Shown here in pieces: positions 11,020-23,555 of a stretch of DNA of 64,000 nt (positions within the stretch are counted from its first letter, which is position 1; each line of letters opens with the position of its first letter). This DNA comes from Octopus vulgaris (lineage: Eukaryota), in the NCBI GenBank assembly GCA_951406725.2, contig OX597829.1, positions 40,486,001 to 40,550,000 on the forward strand, written 5' to 3'. The notes under the pieces are model-generated. The model was not told the origin of the DNA. It did not search any database and was given only the letters and a program-made list of their open reading frames with translations. A program made the position numbers and the translations under genes.

Positions 11020-11580
11020 GAAAACTTGTATGAACCATCTAATGGAGGAATAGAGATAAATGTTTCATGCTGGACTCAGGGTGTACCATCAATAAAGCTC
11101 AGCTGTCACCACTTGTCAGAGTGTAGGAAAGGGTGTCAGACAAGGAGTTGTCATCTCTCCAAAGCTTTTCAAACATGTCTCGAAATGGTCATTGAAGACA
11201 ATCATTGGAACGGTGGCATTAATATCTACATCAAGTTTATAATACAGCCTTGATTTGCAGATGATATTGTGCTCATCTTAGAAACCTCAAAGCATGCTGA
11301 CAGAGCTGGAGGGAGCTCTTGAGTTAAGTGGTAGAACTCAAAATAATCCGTACAGAAACTAAACGTATGGAATCCAAAAATGTAGCACTGGGCCAAGTAG
11401 CAGTAAGAAGTGATGAAATTGAGGAAATGAATGAACATGTTTTTTGGGGCCTGACAGTAAAAAATATATGCTGGGACATGAACGCTGAAATCTTCCTCTG
11501 AGTAACAGCAGGGTGGAAAACACCTTGGTTAAAAATGATTTGCTCAAAAGCATGGCTGGACAAGCCCTGTTCACCAATCT
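11020..11580 (+). pseudogene. Decayed RTE-type reverse transcriptase fragment
   Basis: Frameshifted GVRQGVVISPKLF, FADDIVLI (tttgcagatgatattgtgctcatc) and RVTAGWKT motifs. Confidence 0.7.
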
Positions 11581-11763
11581 CAACCATTCACCATCTCAGT
11601 CCAATCCTCGTTCTCCTGACAACCTCTACTCACCCTCACCCCTTGTTCTTCTATCCCTACTCACTTCAATTCACCATCTACCTTCAGTGTTCACCCTGGC
11701 ACTTCATCACCAGTGTACCAGTATTTTCTTTTTCTTTCCAGCTATGTCCCCCAATATTCCTTC

Positions 11764-11993
11764 TTACCCCTTTCATTACCAACCCGGCTGAAACCGGCTC
11801 TGGTTCTGTAGTACAAATGTCTTGTGTTCATAAGTTCTGAATTAAAATCTTCTACCAAACCTTAGTCACAATTTATGTTCCTAACACTAGCTTAATGATA
11901 ACTAAGTTATTTTACTAAGTTCTTTGTTATATTTAAAAGTAATTGAAAGAAACACAGAGCATCTCAACAGAAATACAGTAACAAAAGGGTTAA
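11764..11993. mobile_element. piggyBac-type MITE
   Basis: Termini ttacccctttcattac / gtaacaaaagggttaa; related fragments near 34.1, 46.7 and 50.1-51.0 kb. Confidence 0.6.
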
Positions 11994-12479
11994 GGTGAAT
12001 TGTCATCTGGGTTCCTCTGCAGTAAGTTTGTTTCTGGGCTCCTTCTTTCATGCTTTAACCACCCCTAAAACTGCTATCATTTACTGTAACTCCACTCAAT
12101 CACAAAGGTGTCTTAGACTAGTGAGCTGCGTGGTGATCTCACTCATGCTGAGCCACAAGGAAAACACCCCATACACCCTGTAAAGTGATCGACTTTAGGA
12201 ATGGTATCCAGCTGTAGAAACCATGCCAGCTCACTATACTTTGAGTTCAAATATCACCAAGGTTGACGTTACCTTTTTATCATATCAGGGCTGACAAAAT
12301 GGTTGTTCCATACTGGGGTCAGTTCATGTCTTTCCTTTACGTCCCTTGCTGTCTTTCTTTCTTTCTGGGGTCAGTAATAGAGGCTCCACCAAGTCTAAAA
12401 AAATACCCTAGACACACCATATGGTACAATGCTCCTCACCCACTATGAGTCTCTAAAGGACTTGGGGACCCAACATAAA

Positions 12480-12511
<32 letters not shown>

Positions 12512-13939
12512 GCACATTTGTTGATAGGATGTATGAGTCTATATAACTGCATATTGCATGTGAGTATTTGTGTGTGTGTGTCAATGTGTATATTCATGTG
12601 TGTGTGAACCGGCAGCAATTGAATGGAGTTAGATGAGAACAGAAAGTAGTTCAAACAGTAATATCATTGTTTTATATATATATATATCTTCACTTTTTCG
12701 TCTTAGCAGGCAATTTCACTGTTTATTTACACTCGCTCTATTATAATGAATAGATTGGTCTTATTAGCCGTGTGCTGTTGCAACACTTATTAACCTTATA
12801 AACAAAAATGCTGTATTCGTTTCTTATGTCGATTAAATGAAAAGTATACAATGACCACAACTGCGTCAACAACAACAAAAGTCAGCGATATCACTTAGAA
12901 TAATAATAATAATAATGATAATGATAAAAATAATATTAATAATAATAAAAACGGTAATGATAATGCTAAAGATAATATTAATAATGATACTATTTGTAAA
13001 GGTATTTCTGTGTTATTTTTTCTTCTTCCATACTCCAGCAATTATTGAGTCTGGTTTGACTACACTCCAATAAATCAAAAACTACTCTTTAAACCACACC
13101 CCAAAGAGAAAAAAAGAGAAAAATAAACAAAAGCTTCACCAAGAAGAGAACAAAAAGGAATATATACATATATATATGTGTGTGTGTCTGTGTGTGTGTG
13201 TATAGTTTGCTTTAAAAGCCTATGTGCTATTTATGACTTTTATGTAACACACCCATATATAACACATACATATTTGCATACATACATGTGTGTGTGTGTG
13301 TGTGTGTGTGTATGCATGTAAGTATGTACGTGTTGTGTTGTTTATTAGAAGAGAGTAAACTGGAAGGTTAGATGTTAAGTCTATTTTAATTGTTTAGCGA
13401 TGACCCTAATCATAGTCATCGCTGCTGTCGGCTGCTACTTGCAGGCACAACTGCTGCCCTCATTAAGGGTTCACAGGAGGTAGGGTCGCATTTGCATTCC
13501 ATATCTTTTAAACTTTATATTACATCATATTATTATATTTTTTTTTATATATTTCTTTTATCTTTTTTTTGATATTTTAATTATTAACCAAACGTCAGCT
13601 TTTTTTTTTTGTGACTTCAAAGTAACAATAGTTATGATGATGATGATGATGATGATGATAGATGTAAGCATAAGGTGTTTTTGTGAGCTAAATGGGTGAA
13701 CTGAATTTTAGGGAAACCCTGAAGAGAGGTGTTTTTCATTACATCTTTGTTTTGTTGGTGGTGGTGGTTGTTGTTGATTTCTATTTCTGCTTAAAAAGTT
13801 AGTGTTTATCGTTTCATGTGTTGATAATTTTGTGCTGTAGTGTGGTCGGTGGAAACAGCTTAGATGTTGTGATTAGCAGAATTGATGTCTGTTAGGGTTG
13901 TGATTAAGGGTCAATAAGTTATTTTTATGTTTTGGTTAG

Positions 13940-14320
13940 TGTACTAATTAATATATTGTTAGTATTGTAGTTAGTAGCACTACTTTGTACTAGTGTTGTG
14001 ATTAGCGGTACTAATGTATGTGGTTAGTAGTACTAATACATTAGTGCTGTGGTTGCTAGTTACTAATAGATTAGTAATACAATAGTATTGTGGTTGCTAG
14101 CTACTAATGCATTAGTGTTGTAGTCAGAGGTACTAAAAGCACATTAGTGTTGTGCTTAGTGGTACTAACATATTAGTTGTACTAATGCATTAGTGTTGCA
14201 GTTAGAAGTACTAATCCATGTTAATGCTGTGGTTATTAGCACTAATACATTAGTGTTGTGATTAGTGGTACTAATGTATGTTAGTATTGGGGTCAGTAGT
14301 ACCAATGCGTTAGCATTGTG
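13940..14320. repeat. Degenerate minisatellite of about 30 bp with palindromic ACTAAT-NN-ATTAGT core
   Basis: Recurring tagtgttgtg(a/g)ttag(c/t)ggtactaatgcat units. Confidence 0.75.
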
Positions 14321-14849
14321 GTTAGGAAATCAGGATGGCTAAGAACTAGATGTGCTATTTCAAACAGCAGTATTTTGAAAATTGGTAATCTAGGTGAGTG
14401 ACTGACTAATGTTGTTATCTTTGATGATGGTATTCCAGGCATGACCAACTATCCTCTTTTCTAGTAATATGTATCTAGGTCTACATTATCCACTAGACCT
14501 ATTGTTTCCAATTGATTTGCTCCCACCCATCTTCTGCTGGCATTGGCTTAATTTCTTATTTGATTTTTTTTTGTGGATTTTTTTTTTTTGTTTTAGCTTG
14601 GTTAATTGGCCTAATTGGCAACAACGACACAAACAAAATGCCTTGTGATATTTAGTTACATCTCTCGTGTTCTGAGTTCAAATTCTGCTGAGTCCACCTT
14701 TGCCTTTTATCTTTCTGGTGTTGTCAAAGTAAAATGCTGTGAGTTAGTGGAGGAAGAGGAGGTAATATAACCTATTTTGTTTTATCATGTTTCTATAGAA
14801 ATACACTACCTTTATTTTAATTTGTTTTGAAAATATTCTTTCTTTCTTT

Positions 14850-15210
14850 CTTTTACTCTTTTCAGTCATTTGACTGTGACCATGCTGGAGCACTGCCTTA
14901 AAAGGATTTCAGTTGAATAAATCTATCTGTCTCTTTTGCCAAACTGTTAAGTTACAGGGATGTAAACACACCAACATCAGTTGTCAAGCAATGTTAGTGG
15001 GGACAAACACAAAGACACACACACTCACATATATGACGGGCTTCTTTCAATTTCCATCTACCAAATTCACTCATAAGGCTTTGGTTGGCCAGAGGTTTTA
15101 GTAGAAGACACTTACCCAAGGTGCCCTGCAGTGGGACTGAACTCAGAACCATGTGGTTCTTCAGGTGTGGCTGTGTGGTAAGAAGCTTGCTTCCCACCAC
15201 ACAGCCACAC
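14850..15210 (-). mobile_element. SINE family B
   Basis: Reverse complement of the family B sequence. Confidence 0.75.
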
Positions 15211-15321
15211 CCGAAGAATTTAGTAAAATAGCTTTGTCATTATTAATCTGGTGTTTGGGAAATAAATTAATGAAGGTTTTAATTTAAATCACTTTAAAAT
15301 AGTTTATATCATAGAATCTGC

Positions 15322-15610
15322 TATCATCATCATCATCATTTAACATCCATTTTCCATGCTGGACAGTTTGACCAGAGCTGGCGAGCTGAAGAACTGCACG
15401 GAGTTCCAGTCTGATTTAGCTTGGTTCTTTTGGCTGGATCTCCTTCCTAAAGTCAACCATTTTACTGAGTGTGCTGCATGCTTTTTATGTGGCACCAACA
15501 TTGGTGCTTTTATCTGGCACTGGCACAGGTGCAATTACACGGTGCCAGCACAAGAGCTTTTTACGTGGCGCAAGCGAGATTGCGTTTATGTGACACCAGC
15601 ACAGGGCTCT
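15322..15610 (-). mobile_element. SINE-like family C, diverged
   Basis: (CAT)n followed by ttaacatccattttccatgctgg. Confidence 0.6.
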
Positions 15611-15650
15611 TCTAGGCCTATGTTCAATTAGAAAGAAATTTTTTTCTTCT

Positions 15651-16110
15651 TATAATAATAATAATGAAATTATTGTATACAGTGCTCCGGTGAACCACAA
15701 CTTGTCAAAAGTGCATATAAAGCATATGCAGTAATGTACAAATGTCTGGAAAGGGAACAGTGTATGAGTCAGATACATGCTTGCTTGTGTGTATGGAGGG
15801 GAGAAAATCAGGTGTAGTGTTGGCGAATCTCAGGAAGCATGGAAGTTTTGAAGGATGCAGTGCTCCGACAACTAACAACTGATGCCGGCAGTTTGTTCCA
15901 TGCTTCAGCAACTCTTAGCGTGAAAATATGTTTCCGAAAGTCATGGGAGCTGTGCTGTTTTCTGACTTTGTAAACATGTCCACGGGTGTTAGACAGGTGT
16001 ATTTTGGAAAGGTGCTCAGAGTTATTGTTAGAAAAATGGTTTTAATTATTTTATAGGTGTCTGCCAAGTCAGCTGCCAGACATCGGAGTTTCAATGTGTT
16101 CTTAATGGTA
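15651..16110 (-). pseudogene. CR1-clade LINE 3' end with (TTA)n tail
   Basis: Minus frame TRGHVYKVRKQHSSHDFRKHIFTLRVAEAWNKLPASVV, the RGH...RV..WN.LP motif of CR1-type ORF2 C-termini. Confidence 0.8.
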
Positions 16111-16759
16111 GTTAACCTGTGATAGTCAAGCACGGTGGAGTTGACTCAGATTCCGAGAATCTGCAGTATGACCCAAAGTTCATAGACATTCTTGCAATTT
16201 AACCTGCATATTACTGGGGATTCTACTCCCATAATTTAACCAATTTGTCCATTAAAACATTTGTTGCTGTTTTTGACAGAAAAAGGGCCAATTGCTTATA
16301 GTGGTAATTTTTTTTTTTATTATTATTATTTAGCACCAGTCCAACCTAAGTGATTAAAGACATTCTAACCTGTGATTAAAGGCATTCTAACCATGACCAT
16401 CCTGTCTTCGATTTTTAATACATGGTGTATCCAAGACTACATTATCTAGTTTTACTTTTTTAGAATTGCAGGGTGTCATTTAATTGTAGTAGGTCTAGTG
16501 ACCACATAGAGTGCACCTCTTTGGCTGTTGTTGTTCAGACCTCCAGTGTTCCATCTGAGATCATCCCATGGGTTGGGTTTTATATTTTTTATTTGCATAA
16601 TTTTTTTGTTGTTGTTTGTTTTTTCTTGACTACACTATCTGATAAGTTCCTTTTTTTTTTCTTAAGAGGGAGTGATTTGAAAGATTTATTTGCTACTTGT
16701 AACAACTTCAACAACCATACTGAGGCTCTATTATTGCTTCCCATCTTGTCATTGGGGAA

Positions 16760-17228
16760 TATGAAGGTTCTGTGTTCAGTTCCGTTTCATGGCACCTTGG
16801 ACAAGAGAGTCTTTCACTGTAGCCTTGGACCAGCCAAAGCCTTGCGAGTAGATTTTGTAAAAGGAAACTGAAAGAAGCCCATTGTGCATGTGTGTGTGTG
16901 TATTGCTTGTATTTGTTTTCCAAGAGTCTTTCACTGTAGCCTTGGACCAGCCAAAGCCTTGCGAGTAGATTTTGTAAAAGGAAACTGAAAGAAGCCCATT
17001 GTGCATGTGTGTGTGTGTGTGCATTGCTTGCATTTGTTTTCCACCACTGCTTGACTATTTGTGTTGGTTTGTTTACATCCCTGTAACTTAGCAGCTTCAC
17101 AAAACAGACTGATAGAATAAGTACAAGATTTTAAAAAAATAAGAACTGGAGTTAATTCAATCACCTAAACACTTCAAAGTGATGCCCTAGCATGGTCGCA
17201 GTCCAGTGACTGAAGCGAGTAAAAGATA
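16760..17228 (+). mobile_element. SINE family B with an internal tandem duplication of about 120 bp
   Basis: About 16802-16920 is repeated at about 16921-17041. Confidence 0.8.
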
Positions 17229-17272
17229 GCATATATATGATATATTGACAGTATATTGGTTTTATATATGTA

Positions 17273-17659
17273 CTAGCAGTATCGCCCGGCGTTGCTCAGG
17301 TTTGTAAGGGAAATAACTATAAAGCATTTTTAGAGAGTTATAGCCAAAAAATAGCAAAAAAATGGGAAAAAAATGATGGTAAATTTTTTTTTGAGATTTA
17401 AAAAAAGGTGGAGTTGCGTCCCCTAGACAGTTTGTGGTTTGTGTTTCTGATTCTCGACCCCATGTCGAATTTATCGATTTTTTTCAGAACTGGGGGAACT
17501 TTTCAAAATTTTCGCTGCGTTAGTTTTGAATTATGACATTGGGCTATGTGTGTGTCAAGTTTCATCAGAATCGGTTGAAAGCCGTGGTCAGGGTGAGGGT
17601 ACAAGCAAACAGACACACAGAAACACGCACAGACAAACTGCCGTTTATATAGAGAGAGA
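17273..17659 (-). mobile_element. Non-autonomous Helitron
   Basis: Minus strand A|TC...cctgagcaacgccggg hairpin...CTAG|T, the canonical Helitron termini at an AT site. Confidence 0.8.
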
Positions 17660-17825
17660 TTAAGTTGGTTTTTAGTTTGTTTTGTTGTTGTTTTTGCTAA
17701 AGGGTTGATGTTGTATGCGTTTATTGGAATTATGGGGTCATTTTTTAATAATAAGGTAATGTGATGGTGATGCTGGGTCCAGTGTATTTTTGTTAGGTAA
17801 ATTATCTTTATATATTAAGTTTTGG

Positions 17826-17982
17826 GCACTGCTTAAATACAGAGGTCCCAAGGCATTGACATAAGGATGCTTTTACACTTGTTAAGTTAGGGTTTAGGGT
17901 TAGAGTTTAGGATTAGTTTTAGGGTTAGGAGTTAGGGTTAGGGTTACGTAGATGTGTTGGGACCTCTGTATTTAAGTAGTAC
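17826..17982. mobile_element. Small inverted-repeat element enclosing degenerate (TTAGGG)n
   Basis: gcactgcttaaatacagaggtcccaa / ttgggacctctgtatttaagtagtac flank ttagggtttagggttag repeats. Confidence 0.7.
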
Positions 17983-18032
17983 AATGTTTTGTTATTAGTT
18001 GAAAAGGAAATTTAATAGGAATACATAATACT

Positions 18033-18265
18033 TATTTCTTTATTGCCCACAAGGGGCTAAACATAGAGGGGACAAACAAGGACAGACAAAGGTATTAAGT
18101 CGATTACATCGACCCCAGTGCATAACTGGTACTTAATTTATCGACCCCAAAAGGATGAAAGGCAAAGTCGACCTCGGCAGAATTTGAACCCAGAACGTAG
18201 CGGCAGACGAAATACTGCTAAGCATTTCGCCCGGCTTGCTAACGTTTCTGCCACCCCACCGCCTT
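18033..18265 (-). mobile_element. SINE family A with TSD
   Basis: Full copy flanked by the direct repeat gaatacataatact. Confidence 0.9.
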
Positions 18266-18507
18266 CTAGAATACATAATACTACTTCCACTGAACTGGGA
18301 GGACCATTCACCTCCATTTTATTGTATCATCATTTGGTTAGTTTATATGACAAATACCTGTTCTGTTATGATGTTTGAAACTGGCATGAGCACTCCATAC
18401 TTTATTGGTGATTGTGAAATACATTTTTGTTTACTTATGACTATCTAGAACGTACCAAATTATGTAAACTGGTCATTCAAACTGGTTTTGGTTAAATAAT
18501 AATAAAA

Positions 18508-18545
<38 letters not shown>

Positions 18546-18599
18546 ATCTATAAGTACATTTGTTTCACAGTCAGAGAACTTAATACATAAGCAAAATGT

Positions 18600-19029
18600 G
18601 TGTGTGTGTGTGTTGTAATAAATTTTCTTCCCAACCATATGGTTCTGGGTTTGGCCCCACTGTATGACACTTTGGGCAAGTGTCTTTTAATATAGCCTCG
18701 CATCAACCAAAGCCTTGTGAGTGGATCTGGTAGATGGAAACTGAAAGAAGCCTGTTGTATATATACATATGTGTGTGTGTGTATGTAATTATCTACATAT
18801 GTCTCTTTGTGTTTGTGTTTGTTTCTCCCACCCACCCCATCACCATTTGACAACTGGTGTTGGTGTGTTTATATCCCTATAACTTAGTGGTTCAGCGAAA
18901 GAAACTGATAGTCTATAAGTACTAGGCTTGAGAAAGAAGTCCTGGAGTCAATTTGTTTGACTAAAACCCTTTAAGGTGGTGCTCCAGCATGGCCACAGTC
19001 AAATGACTGAAACAAGTAAATGAATAAAA

Positions 19030-19030
<1 letters not shown>
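18600..19030 (+). mobile_element. SINE family B
   Basis: Matches the family B sequence, including the internal (TG)n. Confidence 0.8.
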
Positions 19031-19064
<34 letters not shown>

Positions 19065-19068
<4 letters not shown>

Positions 19069-19342
19069 TTCCGTGCCGGTGGCATGTAAAAGGGCACCAT
19101 TTGAGCGTGATCGTTACCAATGTCGCCTTACCACCTGTACCACCTGACTGGCCCCCGTGCCGGTGGCGCGTAAAAAGCACCCACTACACTCTCGGAGTGG
19201 TTGGCGTTAGGAAGGGCATCCAGCTGTAGAAACTCTGCCAGATCAAGATTGGAGCCTGGTGCAGCCGTCTGGTTCGCCAGCCCTCAGTCAAAATCGTCCA
19301 GCCCATGCTAGCATGGAAAGCAGACATTAAACGATGATGATG
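19065..19342 (+). mobile_element. SINE-like family C
   Basis: gtgccggtggca...aaaa subrepeats, conserved 3' block and (ATG)n tail. Confidence 0.8.
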
Positions 19343-19985
19343 TTGAACTGGTAATCCGTCAGTTACAATGATGCGGGTTCTAGTCGGTCCCGTCAACAGA
19401 ACAGCCAGCTCTTGAAATTAACATGCAAGTGGCAGAGCACTCCACAGACGCGCATACCCTTAACGTAGTTCTCAGGGAGATTCAGCTTGACACAGAGTGT
19501 GACAAGACTGGTCCCTCTGTATTACAGGTACAACACATTTTTGCCAGCTGATTCATCTCAACTGAGCAATTTCAACGACCTAAAATATTTTTTGTAATGT
19601 ATATGAAATAAACATAATTTCAGTAGTGGGTAGAGAGAATAAAATCATTTCAAATGTAAATTTTAATTGACTTTTATTTGGGGGGGGGGGGGAAAGGAAG
19701 AAAGAAAGAAAAAAAATGTACCTTTTTTGCATGTTTTAGATTTATCTGAAACCTACATATTTACATTTTATAAAAGAACCTGTATTTCAGCTATTGTGGA
19801 ATTCTTAACACGAAATACTTTTACCACCAAACATATCAGAGTTTAGTAAACACTCGGTAATTCAGATGTCACTCAACCTGCAGAAAACAAGTCAAAACTC
19901 TCAAAAATCCACCCCTAGATTACAACCGTATATTGAACAATGCAATTCCTGATATAAAAACAACACCATTGCTACAAGTGTCATA

Positions 19986-20497
19986 CTAGCAGTATCGCCC
20001 GGCGTTGCTCGGGTTTGTAAGGGAAATAACTATATAAGCATTTTTAGAGAGTTACTTCCCTTATAGATGCCAATTTGGGCTTTCTTAGCCATTTCTGTTT
20101 TGGTGTCTTCAAGCCATGAAGTCGTTGTTCTAAAAGAACGCTGATCTCCTTGACAACACTTTACGACGTTGATTTCTTTACACTCCCTTCCCCACAGCTT
20201 CACGAGGAGGGAAGAAGGGGGAGAAGCAAACAGGTGCAGGTGTGACCATGGACACCAACTCCGCCGCCATCGACACACGAAAAATTATGCATTAAAATGG
20301 AATAAAAAATGATGTTAAATTATTTTTAAAATCGTAGACTCATCATAGATGCGCACTAATAGCCAGACGGGCTCGATATGAATCACGACTATTAGATACC
20401 CGAATTTGGTTAAACTGCACCGCAAAATGTGGGAGGAGTTAGGAATCTAAATCGAAGGGGACAGACACTCACACAACTACAGTTTTATATATATAGA
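19986..20497 (-). mobile_element. Non-autonomous Helitron
   Basis: A|TC...cccgagcaacgccggg...CTAG|T on the minus strand. Confidence 0.8.
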
Positions 20498-21499
20498 TTT
20501 TTCACAAGTTGTGGAAAAAAAATGACTTGGATTTTAGCCTTTGGATTACATTTTAAGAATTTAGAAACTTCAAAAAATGTGAAATATTTCTTTCTTGGAA
20601 TAGTGAATCTTGAAGCAAATAAAGCTGCAAATAATGGTTTCAAATTTTGGCACAAGGCCAGCAATTTCAGGGGATGGGGCAAGTGAATTACATCAACCCA
20701 AGTGTTCAGAGGGTACTCATTTTATCAACCTTGAAAGGATAAAAGGTGAACTCAGAATGTATTGTCGGAAGAAATACTGCAAAGAATTTGTTTGGTGTGG
20801 TAACAATTTTGCCAGCTCACCACTTTAGTATTGGGTTAAAATGCCTTTGGAGAAAGGAAGTAAAGGTCAACCATGGGACACAAACCCACTTCTCCCGTAG
20901 ACATGACAAGCATTTCTACTATTGAACCAAAGAAATCTTTGGAATTTCTCTTACCATTTTAGAAACTCTTTTCTTACCAGTGAGAAATTGCATGTTGTTG
21001 ATGTCATTAAGAATTTAGAAACTTTGAGAACATGAAACAGTTCTTTTCAGGAATGGTGAAACTTGAAGCAGATAAAGCTATAAATAACAGCATGTAAATA
21101 TTGGGTTAAAAATACATTTGGATACAAAAGTTGTTATTTAAGCCCCCACCCCCACCCCCACCCCACCCACCCCCCACCAAAAAGGGCCTCTAAATGAATA
21201 TGTAACTGCTAGTATGTATGATATGTTATTAATTAGGCCCTTGGAATGGATGGGATCTTCATGAGGTATTATTTTGCCACAAATGAACATAAATACTCTG
21301 TATTACTATGTAGTGAGTCCTCATTTGAACTCTGATCTTCCCAGCTCCATACTAAGCATATTCCATACACATACAAATCATAGTGTAGATGTGTGGGTGT
21401 GAGCGTGCATGTGCATAACATAATATATATATATATATATATGTGTGTATGTGTGTATAAGGTAATATATGTATATTTGTGTATATGTAAACCAAATCA

Positions 21500-22019
21500 A
21501 ATCAGATATCAGAAAGCAGAACCAAAATCGAAGTCGATCAACATCAATGGAAATTGCAGCTGTGATACCAGTGCCGGTGACAAGTAAGCGAACCACCCGA
21601 TTGTGGCCGTTGCCAGCGCCGCCCCGACCGGCCCCCGTACCGGTGGCACGTAAAAAGCACCATTCGTTCGTGGCCGTTGCCAGCCTCGCCTGGCCCCCGT
21701 GCTGGTGGCACATAAAAAGCACCATCCAATAGTGGCTGTTGCCAGCCTCGCCTGGCCCCCGTGCCGGTGGCACGTAAAAAGTACCATCCGTTCGTGGCCG
21801 TATGTCAGCTCCGTCTGGCACCTGTGCGGGTGGCACGTAAAAAGCACCCACTACACTCATGGAGTGGTTGGCGTTAGGAAGGGCATCCATCCGTAGAAAC
21901 ACTGCCAGATCAGACTGGGCCTGATGCAGCCTTCTGGCTTCACAGACCCCAGTTGAACCGTCCAACCCATGCTAGCATGGAAAGCAGACGCTAAATGATG
22001 ATGATGATGATGATGATGA

Positions 22020-22023
<4 letters not shown>
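21500..22023 (+). mobile_element. SINE-like family C, long copy with tandem subrepeats
   Basis: Several ggcccccgtgccggtggcacgtaaaaagcaccat units, then the conserved 3' block and (ATG)n. Confidence 0.85.
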
Positions 22024-22071
<48 letters not shown>

Positions 22072-22148
22072 TTGGAAATGGATGCGTGGCATTCAATCAA
22101 ATAATAATAATATGATACACACACACACCACACACACACGCATATATG

Positions 22149-22471
22149 GATGTCACCATAGGTAAACAACATGAAATGCAAAAACAAATGAGTTCAATAT
22201 GCAAACAACGAGAGAAATGAATGGAAAACAGGACAAGTAACATAAAGAACGACCCTTCATCAGTTGTCGGTTGTCTATCTACTCCTCATTTCGAGCATTG
22301 AACGACAATATGAGTCTTCATAGGCAGTTGCTCTCTGGGGAGCAGATAGACAGCTGACAACTGATGAAGGGTCATTCATTATGTTACTTGTCCTGTTTTC
22401 CATTCGTTTCTCTAGTTGTTTGCGTATTCAACTCGTTTTTGCATTTCATGTTGTTTACTGTTGGTGACATC
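22149..22471. mobile_element. Foldback element (arms about 130 bp) in TA/CA-rich tract
   Basis: gatgtcacca...cccttcatcagttgtc pairs with gacaactgatgaaggg...tggtgacatc. Confidence 0.8.
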
Positions 22472-22660
22472 TTGTACCCATATATGCATGTGTATATATT
22501 ATATATATTATATATTATATATGTGTATATATTATATATATGTGTGTGTGTGTGTGTATGCACACACTTATGTGAGTATATAGATGTAAAACAAAGGTGC
22601 AAAAAATAGTACTCTAATATTAAAGATTGAGTAAAACATCTTAGAAAACTAATAAAACTC

Positions 22661-22743
22661 TGTTACTCAGAGTTTCACGTAACTATTTCTCATGAGCATT
22701 CAACTGTCTGATGAACAGTTATGTGGAATTCTGAGCAACAGTT
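22661..22743 (+). ncRNA. Degenerate hammerhead motif in a short inverted repeat
   Basis: aactgt-CTGATGA-acagttatgt-GGAAT-tctga-GCA-acagtt; the inverted arm at 22661-22680 retains GAAACtctgaGTA. Confidence 0.55.
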
Positions 22744-23042
22744 TGTCAAGTTTTTCCACTTCAATAAAGTGTAGTGAATTTCAACAAAATAAGATGGTGG
22801 AAATGAAAGAAAGCTCCAACCATGTAATAAAATTAATTTCCAGCTGAATCTTCATATTTTGTATTTTCTCAGGCGTTATAAAAAATGTATCACACAGCAA
22901 TCATCATCATCATTTAACATCTATTTTCCATGCTGGCATGATATACAATATATATATATAATAATAATAATAATAATATGAGGGAATATTATTCCAAACT
23001 TACAGGGAAAAATTCAATTTAGAAATACTAAATCAAATTTCA

Positions 23043-23094
<52 letters not shown>

Positions 23095-23156
23095 TAGAAA
23101 AAAAAACACCTTTTATCAATTCAATAATGAAAAATTAGATTACGCCATCTGGAAAA

Positions 23157-23555
23157 TCTTTATATATAAAAGAGAGGTTGTGTGCCGTCTGTCTCCTACA
23201 ATTTAGATTCCTAACTACTCCCACATTTTGCGGTGCAGTTTAACCAAAACCGGGTATCTTATAGTCGTGATTCATATCGAGCCCTTCTGGGTATTAGCGT
23301 GCGTCTATGATGAGTCTACAATTTTAAAAAAAATTTACCATCAATTTTTCCCATTTTTAATGCATTTTTGGCATATATAAGGGAAGTAACTCTCTAAAAA
23401 TTTATTATTAAATCTCAGAACGTAAAAAGCTACAGTAACACCCCCCCACCTTTGTGGTTAGCCATATTGAGATGGCTATTATACTTTACATCTCTAAAAA
23501 TGCTTATATAGTTATTTCCCTTACAAACCCGAGCAACGCTGGGCAATACTGCTAG
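23157..23555 (+). mobile_element. Non-autonomous Helitron
   Basis: A|TCtttatatataaaag...cccgagcaacgctggg...CTAG|T. Confidence 0.8.
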
